From contig CALXJY010000001.1 of the NCBI GenBank assembly GCA_944388755.1, forward strand, positions 14,687 to 78,686: DNA of 64,000 nucleotides, written 5' to 3'. The notes beneath the pieces were generated by a model. It ran no database searches. It was not told the DNA's origin and was given only the letters and a program-made list of their open reading frames with translations. Shown here piece after piece: positions 57,991 through 64,000 of the stretch. The stretch comes from an uncultured Clostridia bacterium (GTDB taxonomy: Bacteria > Bacillota > Clostridia > TANB77 > CAG-508). The position numbers and the translations under genes are program-made. Positions within the stretch are counted from its first letter, which is position 1. Each line of letters opens with the position of its first letter.

Positions 57991-58095
57991 ACGTGTTTTC
58001 TCTATTAGAAAAGTCAGTATGACTTTCTTTTGAAAATAAAATTTTATTTTCACTTTAAGTTGTGCAACTTAAAATTTCATATTATTTCCTAATAG
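57991..58095. repeat. Palindromic repeat family A, long form, copy 2
   Basis: ACGTGTTTTCT-CTATTAGAAAAGTCAGTATGACTTTC-[TTTTGAAAATAAAATTTTATTTTCACTTTAAGTTGTGCAACTTAAAATTTCATATTATTT]-CCTAATAG. Starts 2 nt after the stop of the N/Q-rich ORF, in the same orientation as 47449-47540. Confidence 0.85.
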
Positions 58096-58147
58096 AGAAC
58101 AAATCAATCTAAGTTTCAGATAAAGAGAGAAAGGAATATAGTTTAAA

Positions 58148-58537
58148 ATGCCTCTTTCATTTCCTTTTATGAGATTTCCATACTCAAATTATAACAGATA
58201 TTACCAATATTATAATAATAACTACCATAAACAAAAAAATCATACAAATACCAAACATGAAAAAAATTGTAATGATGATCGCCAAAAAAATAATAGTATT
58301 ACTAAAAACTCTAATAATACTATTTCAAATATTTTCTCTTTTGTTCCAACATCTATTGGACCACTAACTTTTCATCCAGAAGGTTTTAATAATATAGAAA
58401 GTCCTTTATTTGATTTGTTTGGTATTAAGTTATTTCTAGATGACATTATTATTATTGGATTATTAATTTTTCTATACACAGAACAAGTAGATGATCAACT
58501 TTTGTACATTGCTCTCTTTCTTTTATTATTTTATTAA
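58148..58537 (+). CDS. hypothetical 129-aa protein, N/Y/K-rich N-terminus and hydrophobic C-terminal segment
   Basis: ATG preceded by AGAGAGAAAGGAA. The C-terminal LFDLFGIKLFLDDIIIIGLLIFLYTEQVDDQLLYIALFLLLFY suggests a membrane hairpin. No family recognised. Confidence 0.45.
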   Translation: MPLSFPFMRFPYSNYNRYYQYYNNNYHKQKNHTNTKHEKNCNDDRQKNNSITKNSNNTISNIFSFVPTSIGPLTFHPEGFNNIESPLFDLFGIKLFLDDIIIIGLLIFLYTEQVDDQLLYIALFLLLFY

Positions 58538-58604
58538 GAACAAATCGGAAAGCCTTATAATTTGCAATAATTTAACTTCTCTTTGGCTTTCCGCTAATTT
58601 GTTC
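58538..58604. terminator. bulged hairpin between convergent 129-aa ORF and minC (candidate bidirectional terminator)
   Basis: GAACAAATCGGAAAGCC ... GGCTTTCCGCTAATTTGTTC. An 8-bp and a 9-bp helix are separated by a 3-nt bulge, with a ~30-nt loop. Confidence 0.4.
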
Positions 58605-58641
58605 TGCGCCAAATTCATGAAATAAATTTGTGTGCAATTAA

Positions 58642-59253
58642 TTATTCTATTTCTATTTTGTCATCTAGAACATAAACATATGCTTGTTTATGTAAAGGTT
58701 CTTCATCTCTATCTATTTCTTTAATTATATTTGCTATACGAATTTGAACTGTATCTAATATTCCTGCCCCAATTATTGCCTGTTTATTTCCTTTTGCACC
58801 TGCATGTGCTAATCCTCTTAAACTGCCTAATACAACTATATTTTCAGATGCTATAACTTCTGCTCCTGAATTAACATCTCCTAATACTACTATACTTCCT
58901 TCTAACTCTAACTTCTGTCCTGATCGAAGAGATCCACGATGAAATGTTGTTTCTGAAACAATTGTAGCTTGTTCAAATGTCCTTTTTATACTAGATAATC
59001 CCAATGTTTTTGGCATGTCGAAATCAATATCTACATCTATTTTTTCTTTTATTAATTTTTGTATCTCATCAATTTCTTTATTTTTTAACACTTTTCCTGT
59101 TACCTTAATAGGAATTTTTTCATTTTTATATATCTTTTTTAACTCTAGCAATTTTTTTCTTAATACCTGCATTATTTCTCTCTGTTCTGCGCCTTGTGCA
59201 ATCTTTAAAACTGTTTCCCCTTTTTTTAATTGTATACTTATTATATTTCTCAT
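58642..59253 (-). CDS. minC: septum site-determining protein MinC
   Basis: 203 aa. The C-terminal beta-helix repeat pattern VVLGDVNSGAEVIASENIVVLGSLRGLAHAGAKGN is typical of MinC. It follows the mre-PBP2 genes as in the firmicute mre-min operon. Confidence 0.85.
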   Translation of the reverse strand: MRNIISIQLKKGETVLKIAQGAEQREIMQVLRKKLLELKKIYKNEKIPIKVTGKVLKNKEIDEIQKLIKEKIDVDIDFDMPKTLGLSSIKRTFEQATIVSETTFHRGSLRSGQKLELEGSIVVLGDVNSGAEVIASENIVVLGSLRGLAHAGAKGNKQAIIGAGILDTVQIRIANIIKEIDRDEEPLHKQAYVYVLDDKIEIE

Positions 59254-59281
59254 TTATACATCCTATCCTTTCTACATGAGA

Positions 59282-61408
59282 TTATCGCAAACTCTCTGTA
59301 TATGAATATGCTGTTACATCTTCTGTTACATCTTCTAAATTCATTCCAAAATATTCTCTCATAATTTGTTTTACCGCATCTGCTGTATAATATCCATGTC
59401 CTCCATTTTCTGCCATAACGACAACCGCAATTTCAGGATCATCAAATGGTGCAAAACCTGCAAACCATGCATTTACTTTATTTCCTGGAGCCTCTGCGGA
59501 ACCAGTTTTTCCACCTACAGCAATTTCAAAGTCTCTAAATATACTTGCAGCTGTTCCTTCTTCTGTAACTGACCTCATTCCTTCCAAAACTGTTTTTAAA
59601 TTTTGAGGATTTATTGTTACATCTTGATCTTGTTCATCTTCTAATCCTAATTTTTGTTTAATAAATTTATTTATATTGTCTCTTGATTCTTCTGTTCCAT
59701 CTGAATTTCTAATTGTTTTTACAATACTTACATCTATTTTATTTCCTCCATTTGCAAGCATACTAATATATTTTGCCATTTGTAAAGGACTAAATTCATT
59801 ATCTCCTTGACCTATTGCTGCATTTAGTGTATCTCCTGGTCCCCATGTACTTTCATTAGGATGTAACTTTGCTTTTGTTTCGGGATTTGCTAAAACACCT
59901 GAGGTTTCATCTTGTAATTCTACTCCTGTTTTTGTACCTAGTCCAAAATATTTAGCATATTTTACAAGTGTATCTATTCCCATTCTATCTGCTGTTTCAT
60001 AAAAGAAATAGTTACAAGATTTTTCAATAGCTCCTACCACATTTAACCATCCATGTCCTCTATGGTAATCAGTATAGTACCAACAATTCATTCTTGTTCC
60101 ATATCTTTCATATTTTGTATATACCCCTGTGTCATTTATTTGCGTATTCGCATTAATAACTCCTGACTCCAAACCCGCTATTGCTGTTACCATTTTAAAG
60201 ATTGAACCTGGTGAATATGAAGCCTGTATTGCTTTATTTACTAGTGGTTTTGATTCGTCATTTATATATTTATTCCAATTTTCTGTACTAATACCACCTA
60301 TAAAATCTGAAGGATTATATGTTGGATAACTCACTATTGCGAGTATTTCTCCTGTTTTAACATTCATTACAACACAACTCTCTGATGTTACATTATACGC
60401 TTTTCCAAATCCTCCTGTTCTAATTTTTTGCATGTTTTCCGCTAAAGCTTGTTCTGCTACTTGCTGTAAGTTAGCATCTATCGTTAAAATTATATCTGAA
60501 CCAGCTACTGCCTCTTTTGCTGTATATTCAGCAGTTATAGTTCCATCAACTGCCATATCTATTTGTTTTACTCCATCTTGTCCTTTCAAATATTCTTCAA
60601 ACACATATTCAATTCCAGTTTTTCCAATTATATCATCTTGATCATATGTATCTTTTTTTTCTTTATACTCTTCTGCACTTATAGTTGATGTATAGCCTAA
60701 AACATTTGCTGCAAGTGAACCCATCAAATATTTTGTTTCAGGTGTTACAACAATATTTACTCCTGGATATTTACTATTATTTTCTGAAAATTCTGCAACT
60801 GCTTCTCTTGGAATATCTTTAGCTATTGTAAGAGCTCTTGTACTACTATACCCTTTTGTTGTTATTTCATATCTTATACACATTATTTTTCTTGCTTCTA
60901 CTACATCTGTATTTGTAATTTCGTATTTATCTTTAAATTCATTAAATGCCTCTTCTGCTGTTGCATTTTCCTTTATTCCGTAATAATCCAACCAATCTGC
61001 TAATTCTTCTCCTTCTAATTTGAATCCATATGGATTAATTGTAATTGGAAAAGAATCAGGATAATTTATACCGTATTTTTCCAAAACTGCAATAATATTT
61101 AATATAGATTGATTAAGTGTTTCATCATCTATTTTAGTTTTATATAATTCTAATTCAAATTTCATTTCTGAACTCACAAGCACATTACCAGATTTGTCCA
61201 TAATTGTCCCTCTTTGTGCTTCTAAAGTTGTCTCTCTTGTTAGTCTAGTATTAGATTGTTCCCTGTATTCTGCTCCATGTACAATTTGGAGATTAAAAAG
61301 TTGTACAATTAAAATAATTCCGATTATATACATAAATACTGTTAAAACATTAAATCTTAAATTAGTATTTACATTATATACTCTGTTTCTATTTTTTCTT
61401 TTAAACAT
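59282..61408 (-). CDS. mrdA: penicillin-binding protein 2 (class B transpeptidase, MrdA/PBP2 type)
   Basis: N-terminal TM anchor and dimerisation domain. Transpeptidase motifs SIFK (SxxK), SCN (SxN) and KTGSA (KTG). 708 aa. Confidence 0.9.
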   Translation of the reverse strand: MFKRKNRNRVYNVNTNLRFNVLTVFMYIIGIILIVQLFNLQIVHGAEYREQSNTRLTRETTLEAQRGTIMDKSGNVLVSSEMKFELELYKTKIDDETLNQSILNIIAVLEKYGINYPDSFPITINPYGFKLEGEELADWLDYYGIKENATAEEAFNEFKDKYEITNTDVVEARKIMCIRYEITTKGYSSTRALTIAKDIPREAVAEFSENNSKYPGVNIVVTPETKYLMGSLAANVLGYTSTISAEEYKEKKDTYDQDDIIGKTGIEYVFEEYLKGQDGVKQIDMAVDGTITAEYTAKEAVAGSDIILTIDANLQQVAEQALAENMQKIRTGGFGKAYNVTSESCVVMNVKTGEILAIVSYPTYNPSDFIGGISTENWNKYINDESKPLVNKAIQASYSPGSIFKMVTAIAGLESGVINANTQINDTGVYTKYERYGTRMNCWYYTDYHRGHGWLNVVGAIEKSCNYFFYETADRMGIDTLVKYAKYFGLGTKTGVELQDETSGVLANPETKAKLHPNESTWGPGDTLNAAIGQGDNEFSPLQMAKYISMLANGGNKIDVSIVKTIRNSDGTEESRDNINKFIKQKLGLEDEQDQDVTINPQNLKTVLEGMRSVTEEGTAASIFRDFEIAVGGKTGSAEAPGNKVNAWFAGFAPFDDPEIAVVVMAENGGHGYYTADAVKQIMREYFGMNLEDVTEDVTAYSYTESLR

Positions 61409-61431
61409 TTTAACCTCCCATCATATATATT

Positions 61432-61998
61432 TTAGAAATATCTTGTTAAAATCTTATTCCCTTTATATTCATTTTCTACATAATAACCGAACTTTTGCAT
61501 AAGTGGATATAATATTACTGTTAAAATAATATTATAAATTACTTCTATTACCAAAATTTTTGCAAAATTAACAATTTCTATTTGAGTAGAAAACACAATA
61601 TAATTTGCAAAATATAAAGCAATTTCATAAAATGCAGTTAATGATGCAACAATTAACATTATTGTTATTCTACTGTCTTTAGAAAAATTCTTATCAAATA
61701 TCTTAGCTACTAATCCAACTATTCCTAAGGTAATAGCTGTTATACCTACTTTACTTCTAAATAAATAATCTAAGAAAAATCCTATAATTATTCCATATGT
61801 AACTCCCATAAACTTATTTCCAAATAACCCTATCCATATAATTAAAATTACAAATAAATTAGGCATTACCCCTGCTATTGTAAACCAGTTAAAAAAGTTG
61901 CATTGTAAGAAATACGCTATAAAAAATATAAAAATAAATATTATATTTATTAGTACTTTTTTCACACCAAATATCATTCCTTTCTTTCTAATGTACAT
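61432..61998 (-). CDS. mreD: rod shape-determining protein MreD
   Basis: Small polytopic membrane protein directly downstream of mreC. Assigned by position and hydrophobicity; the start codon is uncertain (M1 or M8). Confidence 0.7.
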   Translation of the reverse strand: MYIRKKGMIFGVKKVLINIIFIFIFFIAYFLQCNFFNWFTIAGVMPNLFVILIIWIGLFGNKFMGVTYGIIIGFFLDYLFRSKVGITAITLGIVGLVAKIFDKNFSKDSRITIMLIVASLTAFYEIALYFANYIVFSTQIEIVNFAKILVIEVIYNIILTVILYPLMQKFGYYVENEYKGNKILTRYF

Positions 61999-62043
61999 TA
62001 TCAGTAGAGGCTAAACCTAAGATAATATTTTAATATCTCAATA

Positions 62044-62865
62044 TTAAGAAGTTGCATTATTTATTACAAGTACTGTGTTTAATTTATTAAAATCTACAGC
62101 AGTTTCTATTACTGCATATCGGTCAATCATATTACTTGTATTACTTACACTTTTTACTGTTCCAACATGTATTCCCTTTGGATAAATCCCACCTAAGCCT
62201 GATGTCTCTATACTATCTCCTTGAATAACATCTGCATCTGTTGGGATATACATCCCTTTTAATTGTGAATTATTTTCTAGTGTACCTTTACATACTATAC
62301 TATCTTTATTTGTACTCATCATACAACTAACAGAACTAGATGTATCTATTATAGTTTGTACCTTTGCAGTACTATCTGTTACAGAAATAACATGTCCTAC
62401 TAAACCTTGATCTGCTATTACTGTCATGTTTTCTTGTACTCCATCTTTTGAACCAACATTAATTACTATAGTTTTTGAATAATTACTAATATCTTTATTT
62501 ATTATATATGCCGGTATTGTCTTATACTCTCCATATTTTTCAGTTAATCCTAGATATTCTTTTAATGTCTCATTTTCTGTTTTTATATTTTCTAATTCTC
62601 TTAAAGATTGTTCTAATTCACTATTTTGTTTTTTTAGGTTCTCATTTTCTTCCTTCAATCGGTTAATATCTGTAAAAAAAGTATCATTTCCATTTAGTTT
62701 ATTTTTTAAATAAGTTAATCCATTTTGTACTGGCATTACTAATTTATTTGCAACATTTTCAAAAAATGATGTATTACTCTCTCCATTTGAAAATATAACA
62801 ACTAAGATAAGTAATATAATTGTAATTACAATTCCTAAAATAGCTACTTTTTTATCTCTATACAT
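62044..62865 (-). CDS. mreC: rod shape-determining protein MreC
   Basis: N-terminal TM, a coiled coil (LKEENENLKKQNSELEQSLRELE), then beta-barrel domains with the GLVGHVISV...KVQTIID pattern. Confidence 0.85.
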   Translation of the reverse strand: MYRDKKVAILGIVITIILLILVVIFSNGESNTSFFENVANKLVMPVQNGLTYLKNKLNGNDTFFTDINRLKEENENLKKQNSELEQSLRELENIKTENETLKEYLGLTEKYGEYKTIPAYIINKDISNYSKTIVINVGSKDGVQENMTVIADQGLVGHVISVTDSTAKVQTIIDTSSSVSCMMSTNKDSIVCKGTLENNSQLKGMYIPTDADVIQGDSIETSGLGGIYPKGIHVGTVKSVSNTSNMIDRYAVIETAVDFNKLNTVLVINNATS

Positions 62866-62882
62866 CTATTAACCTTCTTTCT

Positions 62883-63914
62883 TTATTTTCTTCTACGTGC
62901 ATTTACTAAAACTCTTTTTAGATTTTCCAAGTCTTCTAATGTTTTTCCTGTTCCTCTTACTACACAGTCTAATGGTTGTTCAGCAACATATACTGGCATT
63001 CCTGTTTCTATACTTAATAGTTTATCCAAATTTTTGATTAGAGCTCCTCCTCCTGCTAATACTATACCTTTTTCCATTATGTCTGATGCTAATTCAGGTG
63101 GAGTTTTTTCTAATGTTGATTTTACTACTTCAACAATTTTTTGTATAGACTCTGATATAGCTTCTTGAACTTGTACAGAAGTTATCTTTTCATTTCTAGG
63201 AAGCCCATCTGTTAAATCTCTTCCCCTTATTTCCATATCTGTTTCTGTCATTAATGGCATTGCACAACCTATTTGTATCTTTATTTGTTCTGCAGTTGTC
63301 TCTCCTATTGCTAAGTTCATCTCTCTTTTTACATAATTTACTATATCTTCATCTAATTCATCTCCTGCAATTCTTAAAGAATGGCTAACTACTATACCTC
63401 CTAAAGAAATTACAGCAACTTCTGTAGTTCCACCACCAATGTCTACAATAATATTTCCACTAGGTTCTGCTACATCTAATGATGCTCCTATTGCTGCTGC
63501 CATTGGTTCTTCTATTAAATATACTTCTTTCGCACCTGCTTGTAAAACTGATTCCTCTACCGCTCTTTCTTCAACTTCTGTAATACCTGATGGTACGCCC
63601 ACCACAACTCTTGGTCTACCTAAATTATAACGTCTATTTACTTTTTCTATTATATTTTTTAGCATTAGCTGTGTTGCAGTAAAATCAGCTATAACACCAT
63701 CCTTTAGTGGTCTTACAGCTTTTATTTGTTCAGGTGTCCTTCCAAGCATTTCTTTTGCTTCTGTACCAGTTGCCATTATCCTACCAGTTTTCCTATCTAT
63801 TGCAACAACAGAAGGTTCTTTTAATATTATTCCTTTTCCCTTTAGTGTAACTAATAGATTTGCTGTTCCCAAGTCTATACCTATATCTTTTGAGCCAAAT
63901 GTAAATAATTTCAT
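62883..63914 (-). CDS. mreB: rod shape-determining actin homologue MreB
   Basis: IGIDLGTANLLV, DIGGGTTEVAVIS and LAGGGALIKNLD are actin-fold phosphate/adenosine motifs. The ATG at 63914 follows GGAAAGGA; the ORF-track start at 63935 is a TTG. Confidence 0.95.
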   Translation of the reverse strand: MKLFTFGSKDIGIDLGTANLLVTLKGKGIILKEPSVVAIDRKTGRIMATGTEAKEMLGRTPEQIKAVRPLKDGVIADFTATQLMLKNIIEKVNRRYNLGRPRVVVGVPSGITEVEERAVEESVLQAGAKEVYLIEEPMAAAIGASLDVAEPSGNIIVDIGGGTTEVAVISLGGIVVSHSLRIAGDELDEDIVNYVKREMNLAIGETTAEQIKIQIGCAMPLMTETDMEIRGRDLTDGLPRNEKITSVQVQEAISESIQKIVEVVKSTLEKTPPELASDIMEKGIVLAGGGALIKNLDKLLSIETGMPVYVAEQPLDCVVRGTGKTLEDLENLKRVLVNARRRK

Positions 63915-63938
63915 ATAATCACGATTCCTTTCCAAAAT

Positions 63939-64000
63939 TTAATGTTTAGATTTATTCTTCTTTAAATCTTCTATTTGTGTTTGTAGTTGCTCATATATAC
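63939..64000 (-). CDS. 3' end of an unidentified gene (runs off the window)
   Basis: The minus frame is open to the window edge and ends ...IYEQLQTQIEDLKKNKSKH* with TAA at 63941-63939. Only 20 codons are visible, so no identification is possible. Confidence 0.3.
   Translation of the reverse strand, partial: IYEQLQTQIEDLKKNKSKH

Noticed and set aside
1-64000. Search for CRISPR arrays, tRNA/rRNA genes, transposases, integrases, prophage modules and toxin-antitoxin pairs.
   Set aside because: I saw no regularly spaced direct repeats with unique spacers and no cloverleaf-compatible GC-rich ~75-nt segments in intergenic regions. No ORF had DDE, tyrosine- or serine-recombinase motifs. The only repeats are the three families described. 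This was a visual scan only, so small ncRNAs may have been missed.

Overview
This is a strongly AT-rich chromosomal segment from a low-GC, endospore-forming Firmicute that looks Clostridia-like. The exact taxon cannot be assigned from sequence alone. It holds about 35 genes, and all but three are on the minus strand.

Housekeeping modules, from high to low coordinate:
- mreB-mreC-mreD-PBP2-minC
- spoIIE (plus strand)
- a WG-repeat protein and an unknown 407-aa protein, then acpS-tatD and a YabE-like wall hydrolase
- xth and an AI-2E transporter
- rpoB-rpoC
- gdpP-rplI-dnaB, with dnaB interrupted by a 1-nt frameshift
- tilS-ftsH and a J-domain protein
- rpsU, which the ORF track missed
- two M16 peptidases
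- a 46-aa Spo0E-like phosphatase, also missed by the ORF track, with tandem Spo0A-box-like sites upstream
- a SWIM/SNF2 helicase, trmFO, a 991-aa acidic coiled-coil protein, a DAACS symporter and a partial SDR

Accessory or unusual content:
1. A compact T7SSb-like cluster sits directly upstream of rpoB. It encodes a tandem-WXG100 protein, two helical proteins, EssC and YukD/EsaB, but no EssB, EsaA or EssA.
2. A ~9.5-kb two-gene giant-adhesin operon (1657 and 1504 aa) has a shared non-LPXTG C-terminal sorting signal. It is bracketed by two ~95-105-bp direct repeats and lies where minD/minE would be expected.
3. There is a dispersed palindromic repeat family (5 copies, in short and long forms), a second small repeat family (3 copies), and a 252-bp long inverted repeat upstream of spoIIE.

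I recognised no rRNA, tRNA, CRISPR array, transposase or integrase. All protein calls rest on motif recognition in the supplied translations; no database search was possible.
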